A stretch of 64,000 nucleotides of DNA from Antedon mediterranea (GCF_964355755.1 NC_092673.1:18349648-18413647), one strand, 5' to 3'. Positions 27,901-38,228 are shown, counted from the stretch's first letter. The notes: generated from the sequence alone by a model not told the origin. Translations and numbers: made by a program.

Positions 27901-30260
27901 GGTTTGTTATCATTTCATAATTTTTAGATATTTTTGTTGATATTGAGTTTGTTATAGCAGTTTCATTGTCTTAATTTGTATTGGATTTTTTAATTCTGTA
28001 ATTTGGTTAGTTTTCATGGACATAGAATGTATACAATTATATTTATTTATTATTTCATTTTTATTGATTTTAGTTAACATTATTAATTAATTATGATATT
28101 AAATAGCAATATTATTTACTAGCAATTGATTAAAAACATCTTAGAAAATTAATTTATAAAATGATATAATTTTAATATAATAAAAGTACAGTTGTCAAAA
28201 CTAGTTGTAACTGATTTTTAACTGAAAAATAGATGCCGATATGCATTCTGAATTTTTCATTTTTTAAAGATTATGACACCAATGCTTATAATTGAAACTT
28301 TAACAAAAATCAATGGTTAATGGTGCCAGAACTTTGGGAAAGACTGTTTACTTTTTCCCCTATTGTATTATACATTTTTAGTAAACACAACATTTTTAAG
28401 TATTTGTTGTCCTTATTTAAAATGTTCTACATTGTGTGTTTTATGTGTTAATTGTAGTTAATTGCATTCAATTTGTATCATTAGGTTTTGTTAACGATCC
28501 AGAAGTCATTTCAACCTTCTCAAGATGGTGGTAGAAGGGGAATTCAATATGAGAGATGCATACTTTGTGATGTATGTAGTGATAATACATCAGAAAAGAA
28601 GCACATTCAAAATCTTGGTCATTTCCAGTATGAGAAGTTGCCATGCAACAAAACTGGCGAGTATAGAAGCATGCCTGTTGAACATTACAAGCGACTATTT
28701 GGAGGTTAGAGTAATAACAGAGACAGCAAGTTTGACTTTATTTCTTTCACTGATTGATATATTTATTTCATTTATTGTTTGACCAATAAAGAATAAGTCA
28801 AAGATACAGACTGTTAATCAGGAATTATACGAGTCAGAAGAAAAGTATAATAATTAAATTTATGTGAACAATTAACAGATAAAATGGGGGGAAAACCGAA
28901 ATTTCAAATAACTAATAGAAAATAAATTCAGTCAGTAGAAATATAAAATCTGGGAGACACCATCTAAATCAGCAACAGTAGCTATTTGATATATTAAAAA
29001 GAAAGAGATTAAACATCAGTCACATATCAAGATAAATGCTTCTGCACACTATTCAAAAAGAGTAACGTCTGTTGCACTGTGGTTGATGTTGGTTTGTAGA
29101 GGACCTAATCTAAATTTCCAATCGTTGGTGTATACACATCTGGAAGAAGTGATACAGAAATTGTTAAAAGGTTAAATTTTTCGCTGACCACTCCTGAGTT
29201 TTAACAAAGTTGATTTTTTAAGTTTTTATTGAATAACAAAACGGTTTTCTTTTTTATTTCAGAATCAAACCACTGGCGGAAAGTTTCAGCTGCAGTTTTA
29301 GTTGCAGTTTTTGGAGTCTTGATAGGTATATGTGATATACTACCAGCAGGAATTGCCATTATTATTGGTGTTGTTGTAACTCTGGTTGCAGCCTGGTATA
29401 TTCACAATCTTTTAAAGATGGATATCACATGTTATTACACAAGGCTATTTGACGGTAAGAGTAATTAACATAGACATTTAGACAAGTTTAAAGTCCCATT
29501 CCCTACTTTACAAAACTAAGCCTAGCTAGGCTAGGCCTAAAAACCGTCCATGAGAGGATATTCACCGCGAGCTACTTAGGTAGTGCATTGTTTCTCTCTC
29601 TTTATCATAATTTATCATAAAACGTACACTACACATGTTTCTAAAGTAATTTTTTTAATTTTAGAAACCAGCATAAAAGTGAACTGAAACAATGATTATC
29701 TTCATCAAATTAATTTCCTGTAATTTTATTTGCATATTCTAAACCTTGTAACCATTTCCGAGATCTAAAAGCTGATGTCAGTAGATGCTTTGATGGTGAA
29801 AGATACCTATGGATAAGGTTCCTATTATTTGATGACTTAAATGTTGGTGTTCTTACGAATCCACATTTTATTGTGAATGACTTATTCAATGAACTTGAAG
29901 ACAAAGGTTTAATCTCACCAATGGATGTTAGCTTGTTGTTAGAGATTACAAATCTATCAGAAATCAAGAGAGCTGAAGATCTTGTATCAAAGTATATGAC
30001 AGACAACAATGTTCAGAATAGACATACTGATAGAACCAAGTTGTCACCTTACAGAAAGCGACTGTTCAAGGCCCTGAATCAAGTTGACCCTCGTGCATTA
30101 CGTAATGTTATATCTTTCTACAAGTTAAGAAGATATAGCTTCTCCAATGTTTGGGATGCAGTTCTCTATCTGGAGATTCAGCAATTATTAGCAGATGATC
30201 CAGACAAAATAAATCGGTTTGCAGATCGTCTCGGCACAATAGCAAGTAACACACTACTTG
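327..30260 (+). CDS. Multi-exon Roco-family gene (5' end outside window): Roc-COR-Roc-COR-2TM-DED-DED; the part after COR1 may be pseudogenizing
   Basis: About 30 exons, mostly GT-AG and phase-compatible, reconstructed by hand. They encode two sets of Roc motifs (G2 STYGI/TDGI; G3 WDFAGQ/WDHGGQ; G4 THMD/THKG), two COR domains (VPxKW; YLxDxGxIxY; GxLEExLLRxLW), a hydrophobic hairpin and DED-like repeats. Confidence 0.8.
800..1112 (+). mobile_element. Degraded L2-type LINE 3' end
   Basis: Encodes AVRCLVLPRLDYCNSLLLG (L2 ORF2 C-terminal motif), followed by an agcgc...tattattatt tail. Confidence 0.75.
3673..5035. mobile_element. Non-autonomous hAT-like DNA transposon
   Basis: TIRs CAGGCCCGTAGCCAGG / CCTGGCTACGGCCCTG, flanked by duplicated GTTGG. 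Internal ~270-bp direct duplication (4274-4545 vs 4649-4915). Confidence 0.8.
5308..5992 (+). mobile_element. 5'-truncated Rex1/Babar-type LINE
   Basis: KYLGVWIDEKLSW...QRLYFLRKLRNF...IQSILTFCCIVW (ORF C-terminus), (AACTTG)n tail, apparent ATAATA target duplication. Confidence 0.88.
7101..9601 (+). CDS. End of Roc1 and COR domain 1 exons
   Basis: Exons 7101-7343 (MVDN...VPVKW), 7610-7804 (AISYLNDTGIIMY...LHWMIEILTKVI), 7888-8058 (LSNEGVLEEMLLRYLW), 8184-8486, 9221-9313, 9394-9601 (LCTAC...HH...PCG). Canonical splice sites, continuous frame. Confidence 0.88.
8555..8920. repeat. Intronic ~195-bp direct duplication
   Basis: taaagagaaaacataaaaccaattaacgttgaatat...aaaacatgacaaattaatta occurs at ~8556 and ~8752. 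Confidence 0.85.
9569..9865. repeat. 76-bp tandem repeat (x4) spanning the COR1 last-exon splice donor
   Basis: Units start at 9569, 9645, 9721 and 9797; each contains TGA|GTAAGT. Confidence 0.9.
9940..10218 (+). mobile_element. 3' fragment of a Helentron/Helitron-like non-autonomous element
   Basis: Ends gatcaccta - hairpin (tatttgtca/tgactaaata) - CTAG, similar to the element end at 32172-32215. Confidence 0.5.
11120..11345 (+). mobile_element. Partial copy of the element at 43208-43840
   Basis: Shares tcgagaaaatgcaattt...actttaagactgct...cagacagacaaacaaac...cgatcg.ytacatatacctc. Confidence 0.75.
12489..12547 (+). pseudogene. Truncated first exon of Roc2 (helix preceding the P-loop)
   Basis: Reads VPSAIIARGTDVQTIYKR, like the xPxxIxARG helix that precedes the P-loop in invertebrate Roc domains. 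In-frame TAA at 12491-12493; the sequence switches to a LINE fragment at 12548. Confidence 0.65.
12548..12776 (-). mobile_element. LINE ORF2 fragment (region between endonuclease and RT)
   Basis: Minus strand reads SIDNLCKQISAAIHDSC...CWNSNCTIARQRFWFGI/WKDCVRPRFGQIFLCYKLAKK with one frameshift. This matches the WN..C..AR..FW..W...RP..G motif of non-LTR ORF2 linkers. Confidence 0.7.
13300..13435 (+). mobile_element. LINE 3' tail remnant (second copy at 38060-38162)
   Basis: gggtccctaatgrtcagcttcggctggatggacc.ccctcataaaatattgttgaaataaa occurs twice, with a hairpin and A-rich tail. Confidence 0.6.
15361..20375 (+). CDS. Roc domain 2 exons including a low-complexity micro-exon insert
   Basis: Exons 15361-15446 (FDDAYKVTDGI...TW, G2), 16109-16176, 16519-16549, 16678-16742, 17256-17289, ~17420-17484, 17604-17628, 17876-17900, 19027-19139 (NIWDHGGQQIYHGIQR, G3), 19830-19919 (MFVTSEALYIVVFNLS), 20196-20375 (PTILIVGTHKG, variant G4). 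Confidence 0.82.
16895..17037 (+). mobile_element. Penelope-like terminal repeat fragment with degenerate hammerhead core
   Basis: CTGATGAAGGGGTAGTGTTGCCCGATAC...; inverted homolog of 21225-21372. Confidence 0.6.
18535..18791. mobile_element. Palindromic MITE
   Basis: TACCCTTTTCACATCT...AGGTGTGAAAAGGGTA termini, with inner inverted arms (aaccaggtttg / caaacctggtt). Confidence 0.75.
20530..21200 (+). mobile_element. 5'-truncated CR1-group LINE
   Basis: PAWLPYQKGHLYSFEQVQRR...SYERRLNVLGLSSLEKR (CR1-like ORF2 C-terminus); ends aataaatgaaatgaaat. Confidence 0.8.
21328..21372 (-). ncRNA. Minimal type I hammerhead ribozyme motif (Penelope-type), within repeat 21225-21372
   Basis: Minus strand UUGCA-CUGAUGA-A-GGGC(UAGUGUU)GCCC-GAAA-GCUC^UGC. 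Both core boxes, stem II, palindromic AGCU helix III and a GCA/UGC stem I are present. Confidence 0.65.
21591..28704 (+). CDS. End of Roc2 and COR domain 2 exons
   Basis: Exons 21591-21842 (FAIENS...PVPLKW), 22391-22585 (LNYLYDLGEIVY...VLDPMRLV), 23101-23295 (LDKGILEEGLLRKLW), 23556-23858 (FYVPLRL...GYLPDVLF), 27827-27901, 28485-28704 (LCDVC...KH...LPC). All canonical and in frame. Confidence 0.88.
23924..27797. mobile_element. Sola3-like non-autonomous DNA transposon (3.9 kb) in a COR2 intron
   Basis: GAGCCATTGTCTGTAA...TTACAGACAATGGCTC termini, TTAA on both sides, and about 550 bp of imperfect inverted similarity (e.g. aaaaggggtgtttt/aaaacacccctttt; actggggtaaattt/aaatttaccccagt). Confidence 0.75.
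25520..26050. mobile_element. Truncated Tc1/mariner(pogo)-type MITE nested in the Sola3-like element
   Basis: Repeated taagcggcca motifs and terminal ...ttacgggaggttcaactg|TA. Confidence 0.55.
29263..29454 (+). CDS. Symmetric 192-nt exon encoding two predicted transmembrane helices
   Basis: tttcag acceptor and G|gtaaga donor, phase 1-1. Encodes VSAAVLVAVFGVLIGICDI-LP-AGIAIIIGVVVTLVAAWYI. Confidence 0.75.
29736..30260 (+). CDS. Exon encoding tandem death effector domain (DED)-like repeats
   Basis: Open frame FRDLKADVSRCFDGERYLWIRFLLFD...NDLFNELEDKGLISPMDVSLLLEI...EDLVSKY, then LSPYRKRLFKALNQVDPRALRNVISFY...WDAVLYLEIQQLL. The pattern matches the DED motifs of caspase-8/c-FLIP/FADD. Donor G|gtatgc at 30260; acceptor ambiguous. 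Confidence 0.75.
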
Positions 30261-30409
30261 GTATGCTTTCTACTTTATATTATATTAAGTTTTTTGTATT
30301 GTTATTGAATCATTCATTTTTTAAACAGTTTACGTAATTGTAATTTGATTAAAATAATTTTTGGTTTAATTTTAATCATTAAAATTTTACATTAACTGAT
30401 TATTTATAG

Positions 30410-32875
30410 GCAATAGTGAGAAGAAATGAGACAGCATCATCAAGTCACCAATGTGAACAAAGTGAAGGTAAATTATTCAGTAAAGTTGGGAGATAAACAT
30501 AAAAAATGAAGATCATATATGATTATAATATGATTAAGATAATAATGACATAGAAGTTGGTGATATTGAGGATGATATTAATCTAAAATTTAGGATTTAT
30601 AAAACAAAGAATATAATAATTAGGTGATCATTTAGAATAAAATGATCACCTATTGTTATTGTATGAAATCTTTATTCTTCTTCTTATTCTTATTATTTAT
30701 TTCTCTCTGTACAAATTTGTGTAACAAATATCTCAAAAAGTTTAATGTCAATGATTACCAAAATTTCACATTGTCTTTCAAGTACTTTAACTTAGCGATA
30801 ATAAGCTTTTCAGCGTGATCACTCATCCGTGACGTCACGTATACGCCATTTTGTGAAATCACATTATCAATCATATCTCCATAATTCATTATCACATATT
30901 AATAAAAATCACTACACGTAAACTTGAGGTCAAGGTAAAAAATATTAGCAAATAAAAACTCGGGCGTTTCAAGGTCATGCGCGTGAAATCGCGCGTTGAA
31001 ATTTTAAAAAGCTCAAAATTTAGTTTTTATCAATTTAGAGCATGAAATAGGCCATTTGCGTGTTTCAAAAAATTACTGCGTAAAAACACATTTTTGCGCA
31101 CGCGATTTTTAAAAAGGTTAAAAAATAAAATTTGATGTATACATCATATTCTACTCACAATCCTTAGTACATTCTCCGACTTTGAGTCCATTCCGACTTA
31201 AAATAACGCTATACGAGCACGTTAAAAATGACAAAATGCGCACATTAATTGTACAAAAGTGCTAAAAATGGTAAAAAATATGGCCTTTTTAAAATGAATA
31301 TAACTCTTCAGAATGGCAGGTGACCCCCAATTTTTTTAACTTATTATGGAAGCCAATAAGTTGTAGATATAAATATATATACATATTAGACGTACAAAAT
31401 GGTATGACGTCATCAAATGGCCACTTGAATTTAAAAATTAGTAATTTTTATCTTTTTTGTGTGGGTTATCACATTCAATAGAGCGCATCTCCGTTATTTG
31501 AGCCCGATTTTCGCACACATTTTAGTATGTGCTTGCTCAATTAATTATCTTTCTCGTGAGTTGTCAACATTTTTATTGTGATGACGTCATCACGCGTAAA
31601 AACTTGAATAACCTAGGTCGTGTAATTTCAGCTACACCATACATTTGAATATCTTATAGCTCCTCAGAATTAAAGGTGACCTTGAAGATTATAATTTATT
31701 ATGAAAGCTGATGAAATGTAGATATGAATTCATATCAAAATTAAGCCTATCGGATGTTGTGATGTTATCATATGGCCAGTTGAAGTTAAAAGGTAGTTTT
31801 TAAATTTCTTTAGTCGAAGTTATACAAATTTCAAAGAGCGCGCATTGCGCTTCTACGTGTCAAATTCTCTTCCAATCATTATATTTATTTGCTCAATTCA
31901 TTATATTTCGAAATTGTCATCTTCGAGTTTATTTTGATAATTCCATCATACCAAAAAAATAGAGCATGATGTGGGTCCCGTAATTTCACCTATGCTACAC
32001 TGTATATAGATATACAGTATTTACTGTACATATTGTATATGAAACATAATAGGTACAACAGCACTATAAGTGTATATGCATCATGTCATAGGATGGCGTA
32101 CATCAACTTTTTACGATCGTATGTTAACGTACATGCATGTTTAAAAAGTGTTAATTTCATTAAAATGATAAAAATGATCACCTATAATTCGTCAAAGTGA
32201 CGAATTAAATTCTAGTGTAGATTAATATTATAGGAATAAAATAATTAGAGTGAGTAGTTTTTTTGTAGTTGTTTCTAAAAGCTGATAATAGATATAGAAA
32301 ATATTATTATATTATAATCATATTCAAATAGTGATAATTATTAAACAATACTTATAACAATGCTGAATTTATTACTTGAAATTTGAAATTATTTTGTGGT
32401 TTTTCATGAATTTTTATTCATAAATCTTAAAACAGTAATTATGATAAGAATGCTATCTACTGAATTTATTACAAGAAATTGGAAATGATTTTGTGGCGTT
32501 TCATGAATTATACTGCAATCTTAATTTAAAAAATGATTTTGATTTCAACAATATTTATGATGCTAATCTACTGAAATTATTACATTGGAAAATATTGCTG
32601 TGTTTTATGAATTTATATTCATTATTCATAATCTTAAAAAACAATTACAATTTCCAAAATAATCATGATAACTGTTATACTAAATTGATTGATACTGTTT
32701 TTCATTTGTATAGATCTCTCAGAGGATGATGAAGACTTAAGTCACAGACTTAGCCCAATGCAATAAACATGGACATCTATTCATACAAGTATTAGACAGC
32801 GTTAAAGTGTTGAAAACTGGTACCAGTACAATCTCTTTTATCTGTGAATTGATTAGCGATTTGGTTGCAATGTAA
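30410..32875 (+). pseudogene. Degenerate exons downstream of the DED exon
   Basis: Exon 30410-30467 (58 nt; in the phase set by the DED exon it stops at 30427-30429) and an exon from ~32715 (DLSEDDEDLSHRLSPMQ*) with a frameshifted continuation. Confidence 0.4.
30618..32215 (+). mobile_element. Helentron/DINE-1-like non-autonomous element
   Basis: 5' TAGGTGATCATTT plus nearby inverted AAATGATCACCTA, a (ttc/tta)n tract, then 3' AAATGATCACCTA, hairpin AATTCGTCA/TGACGAATT and CTAG. Confidence 0.75.
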
Positions 32876-32899
32876 TGTTAGCGTGTCATACTAAATTTC

Positions 32900-33147
32900 C
32901 CCTTGTTTTATGAGAAAGTATCCCCTGAATAGGGGTGTCCTAAAGAAGGGATTTACTCCAGTAGTAAAGAGGAGGGGTGTGTCCCCTGAATAGGGATGTG
33001 TCCCCTGAATAGGGTTGTCCTAAAGAAGGGGTTTGCTCCAGTAGTAAAGAGGAGGGGTGTGTCCCCTGAATAAGGGTGTCTTAAAAAAAGGGATTTACTC
33101 CAGTAGTAAAGAGGAGGGGTGTGTCCCCTGAATAGGATTTCAGTGTA
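32900..33147. repeat. Short tandem repeats at the end of a Tc1/mariner-like MITE
   Basis: About 3 copies of gtcccctgaataggggtgtcctaaagaagggatttactccagtagtaaagaggagggg, ending ...ttcagtgTA. Confidence 0.55.
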
Positions 33148-34957
33148 CTAAACAGTACATGAATGTTGGTAACAAAGAAAAGATGACAAAACAAATACTG
33201 GAACACTTACAAAAAATAACAGTAGGTCTACAAGCATGTGGGTACAAAAATATACATGGGTGGGTATAAAACATTGCTACTGTTCCTGCAGACATTACAT
33301 ATTGCTATATTTAGAGATAAGACTATTTTAACTGTTTTTATATTTTGTTGTGCATATATTAGAGTCTCTATGTTGAGATTACAGGCAAAAATCAAATGAC
33401 AAACATACATTTTTTGAATAAGAATTGATTTAAGTAAGAAGAATATGTGCTACCTCAGACCTCATGCCATAAACGAATAATATATTAATAAATGAATTGT
33501 AGATTATAATTAGAATGTCTTGAGGAACAAAATATCTCAACTTAAATAATATGCCTATTTTCTTACATTTTTAAATAAACTATGAATATTATTTTCCCAT
33601 GAAAGAAATTTATCAAACAAGACTAAGTTTCTCTACTTCATTTATTACATTCTATCCAATTAAGAGATCCAATTTTGTTTAAAATGTTCCTTCTGTTTTG
33701 AAAAATAATTTAAAAAAAATAAAAATAATCCACTCTTGATTCCCCTTTTTATAAAAAAAATATTTTCCCCTGAAGGAATTCAACCTTGCTCGTCAAATGA
33801 AACGACAACATTATAGTACAGTACAGTAAATGAACTGAGATTAGATATTAATAAATTATCCAATTTTTTTTTTAACTTCAGAGAATATCCAGTTAATTAT
33901 ATAGTTTTATATGCAGAATTACAAAACCAAAAATATATGCAAATGAGACCAGGTAAACGGAAGAACAGAATCAGAGCCATATATATAAAGTCGTAACTAT
34001 ATATATATGGCTCTGAACAGAATTAAATCCTTGCACCCTCTAATCCTTCCCCTTACCACACTAGACATAGACACAACTGTTAAATCTCACTGTGTTACTA
34101 AACGCCACTTCTCTAGCCCAGTTCCATATTTGATCCGATTATTAAACAAACAATGCTTAAATCTAAATTAATGTTTGATGAATTGTTTATACAGTAGTGT
34201 TCAATTTTTTTGTACAGTACTAAATTATTATATTTGTTATGAATGAATTTTATAATGTCTATTTGTTGAATGAATATATTTTGATGTTTTTTCACTTTTA
34301 ATTCAATTTGAATTAAACTCAATTCAGTATGCTGCTATGTTTTAATGTTATTCATATTTTTTAATAAATACTAAATTATGAATGAAAAACTTATTTGTTT
34401 ATTTGTAAGGATAGTGTTTTTTGAAGGGGGAGATTTTAACATCGAGGATATAAAATTATACGTTCTAGCTATTGTTAAAAATGTATTGTATATTATAAGA
34501 ATAATAATATCCATTTCAACAACCCGCTGGAGGTCGAGTAATAAAGTTCTTCGATAATATTGCAGCGATAAAAATATGTAGACAAATTGTGATTGCGCCC
34601 TCTATAAAAAATAAAGTTTTATAAACATCACACGCATTTTATACAGAAAGGATGTCCGAAACAAGAAGTAAGTTTTGTTTCATTATTATCATACCATATC
34701 ATATACGGAATTCTTTATAATGTGTTGTTTTAATAGCAGGTCTTTTTTTGGATCTTATATTCGTATCCTAGGGCTAGGCTATAGGCCCTACCTAGCTAGC
34801 TAACAAACTAGGCCAGGTCAGGTCTAGGCTAGGCCCTAGAATAGTAGGCTAGGTAGCCTAGTAGGGCCTAGCTAGGCCTCTACTACTACTACTAGCTCTA
34901 GGCCGAACCATCTACGTACTACACTACCAGGCCTAGGGGCGCTAGTTCCGTTTCGCA

Positions 34958-37190
34958 CCTGTCTTTTATTTCGACTCCAAATGTGTTAAAGAACTTTATC
35001 CTGAATACCATACTTTAGAATTAGGCCTAGACCTCATCCATAAGTACTTTTACAATGGAGAATCACAGAAAAAGTAACAAATATATCCTTTAAATCGATG
35101 AAATATACAGACATGTTTCTTGCACGTGGTTTGTGAATTTCGCACACTCCATGTTCAATATTGACATTTCTATGGAGCGCCAAAAGAGCAACTATAATAG
35201 AGGGCTAAAAAGGCAGTGGAATGCGCATATTTAATGCATCTATTGTTGGTGAAAATTACGTTCAATTTAAATATATTTTATCAATGTTAATACAACTAAA
35301 CTGTTGATACTGTACATGGTTTTCGACAAATCGACAAATTCATCATCATAAGATGTACTGTAGGTTATATACCTCAATGATCTAAATAATATCCGTTGTA
35401 GTCCTGGACATAGACCAATTAGATGCTGATTTAGAGTCGTTTAATAATGTTCTTTGAAAACAGCACATTCAAATTCAAATTCAAATATTCTTTATTCATC
35501 CTCTATCATGAAAATATACAACAACAATATATGAGAACATAAAAAAGATGAAAAGGAAACACATAAAAACTCAAAAGAGCTTGATTAGTTGTGTCCCCCT
35601 AAGTCCCTAACTAGCCTAAAAAACTAAAACATAAATAATAAAAAAGCTAAATCCTGCAACAAGTATAATTTTTAAAATTATTTGTAAAATGATAATAAAT
35701 GTTCTTTAAACAATGATTTAAATATATATATTGATTTGGTACTTTGTAGTTCGTAATTCAAGTCATTCCACAATTTGGGTCCCACACATGACACAGTAAA
35801 ACTAGTAGAAGTACGATTACGTTTTCTGAGTCTCATTTTGTCTTTAGATCTTGTATTATAATTATGGTAAGAACCATTTTTAATAAAGAGCGATGAAAAA
35901 CGCACGTCCTGATTAGTAGTAACATTATACATGAAAAGCCCAATTTGGTACTTATTGATATCAGCAATTTTAAGAAGTTTAAATTTATGGAAACATTCAG
36001 TCATTGAATCATTAAACTTTGACCATGTTATAGCTCGTAATGCCCTTTTCTGGAGTTTAAATAACTCATCTAAATAACTTGGAAATGTGCTACACCATAT
36101 TATGTTGCAATAATTTAATACTGGTTCAATGAGTGATTTGTATATTGTCCAGAGAGCATAGGTTGGTAAAAAATGTCTTACTTTATATAGTATGCCTACA
36201 TATCGAGATATTTTCCTAGCTGTAACATTGATGTGGTTCTTATATGTGAGAAATTCATCAATATGTACTCCAAGGAATTTAGTCGATTTAACTCTATCTA
36301 TTCTTTTATTGTTGACATAAATATTTACATTCTCTAAATTACTTGGATTTCGCTGATTGCGGAAAATTATGTAATTAGTTTTTTTAATGTTGATTGATAG
36401 TTTATTGCACATGAACCAATCCGAAACATTTTTTAGTTCACCATTAACTAGTTCTATGAGCGTATCCAAGTTTTCGTGAGATGCAGATATGTTTGTGTCG
36501 TCAGCAAATAAAACAAAAGATAACGAGTTTGAGCAATTAAATACATCGTTAATGTACAAAATAAAAAGTAGAGGCCCCAGAATTGAACCCTGTGGTACAC
36601 CGCAATTTATATCCATCAAACACGAACTTGTGTTATCAATAGACGTAAATTGTTTCCTTCCACTAATATAGTTTCTAAACCATTTAAGGGCCGTGCCTCT
36701 TATGCCATAGTGTTCCAATTTTTTAAGAAGTATATCATGGTTGATGGTGTCAAACGCTTTTGACAAATCAATAAATATTCCGATGGTATTTTTTTTCTTA
36801 TCAAGCGCATCGGTTATTCGTTCAACCAGATCTATAATGGCCATAAAAGTAGAACTGTATTATTTATCGCCAGTAACATGTAACAATTGACAAAAAATTG
36901 TGAATTAAAACGTGTATTTCGTAAATAGATGCATTAAAAGTAGACGCATTCCACTGAATTTTTAACCCTCTATTATAGTTGCTCTTTTGGCGCTCCATAG
37001 AGACGAAAAAAATGAACTTCGTGTATGCGAAATTTGCGAACGGTGTGCAAGAAACACGTCTGTAAAATCATCAATTTAAAGGATTTACTTGTTACTTTTT
37101 ATGTGATTCTTCTTCATACAAGTACTTATGAGGCTCCAATACTAAGGTGTGGTATTCAAAATAAGTTTGGAGTCGAAATAAAACAGCTAG
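34958..37190. repeat. Long (~270 bp) imperfect inverted repeat pair, probably a foldback DNA element
   Basis: 34958-35235 vs 36940-37190, e.g. tctatggagcgccaaaagagcaactataatagaggg / ccctctattatagttgctcttttggcgctccataga. Confidence 0.7.
35468..36854 (-). mobile_element. 5'-truncated CR1/L2(Crack)-group LINE with open RT frame (35678-36844)
   Basis: IFIDLSKAFDTINH, GVPQGSILGPLLFILYIND, LFADDT, KFLGV motifs; (TTTGAA)n tail. Confidence 0.92.
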
Positions 37191-37525
37191 GGCCAGGCAT
37201 GGCCCAGGCGATCGGGGAGCCCAATAATGTTGTAAGACGATTGGGACAAGAGACGATCGGGTACAAAATAAAAATGTAGGGTCTCACAACTAAATGACAA
37301 CTCAAGTCAAACAAATGTTTGTGCTCCCGAAGCCATCTTGCAGAGATGACCAGCTGAGAGTAAAAACGGAGAATATATTATAAGAATGAGTAATCTGCGA
37401 CTTTTGGATTAGAAATTTGTAACAGAACGTGGATGCCCGCCCTCATGAGAGCGGATGTATACAGACTAAAGAAGACTTCATTTGACAGTATATTATGTCA
37501 TATTATTAATAGAATTATGATAATA

Positions 37526-38018
37526 CAGTAGAACCTTCATTTTACGTACGGTACGCGTGAGACCAAAAGACATACGTAAAACATGGGATTCGTAAAATCC
37601 AGGTTGACCTTAAATTGACCCCAAATACGTAGATTATAGCTAAAAAGGCTGCCATGTTTGCCTACAGTACTTGCACAGCATGCATGTGGTCACTAGCTAG
37701 GCCTTGCCTAGACTAATCTAGGCCAGGCTAGCAGGCCTAGCAAGATGTGAGGCCTAACTAGAAAAGTGCAGTATATACAGGCTGTGCGATGTTTAAATAA
37801 AAGTTTTAAAAATAAAATATCAATGTTCTTGTATTTTCCATAATAAAAACAGTCAGTGCTGTACAGTAGGTGGAATGCACATGTGTAGCTGAGTTCCTCA
37901 CACATCCATGGCTTTGTGCTTGTTGTTAAATTGCGCCCTCAATGTAAGAAAATGATGATGTCATCAGTCATTTTAAGCGTACATAAAATCCAGGGAACAT
38001 AAAACAGAGGTTCTACTG
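37526..38018. mobile_element. Tc1/mariner-type MITE
   Basis: TA|CAGTAGAACCT...AGGTTCTACTG|TA. Confidence 0.8.
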
Positions 38019-38228
38019 TATATTTAAATTTGATTTCTTTTAATTTAATTTATATTGTTACATGTTTATGTCTCGTCATATTTTTGTGAGGGTCCCTAAT
38101 GGTCAGCTTCGGCTGGATGGACCTCCCTCATAAAATATTGTTGAAATAAAAATAAATAAATAATGCATTTTATAAAACATATTTAATAGCAAACTATGGG
38201 TACATTCACTTCTACAAAAAATTATTAA

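Noticed and set aside
33971-34015. Palindrome cagagccatatatata...tatatatatggctctg
   Set aside because: Probably a collapsed MITE remnant; nothing supports a function.
34652-34672. ATGTCCGAAACAAGAA|GTAAGT as a possible first exon
   Set aside because: No compatible downstream exon was identified.
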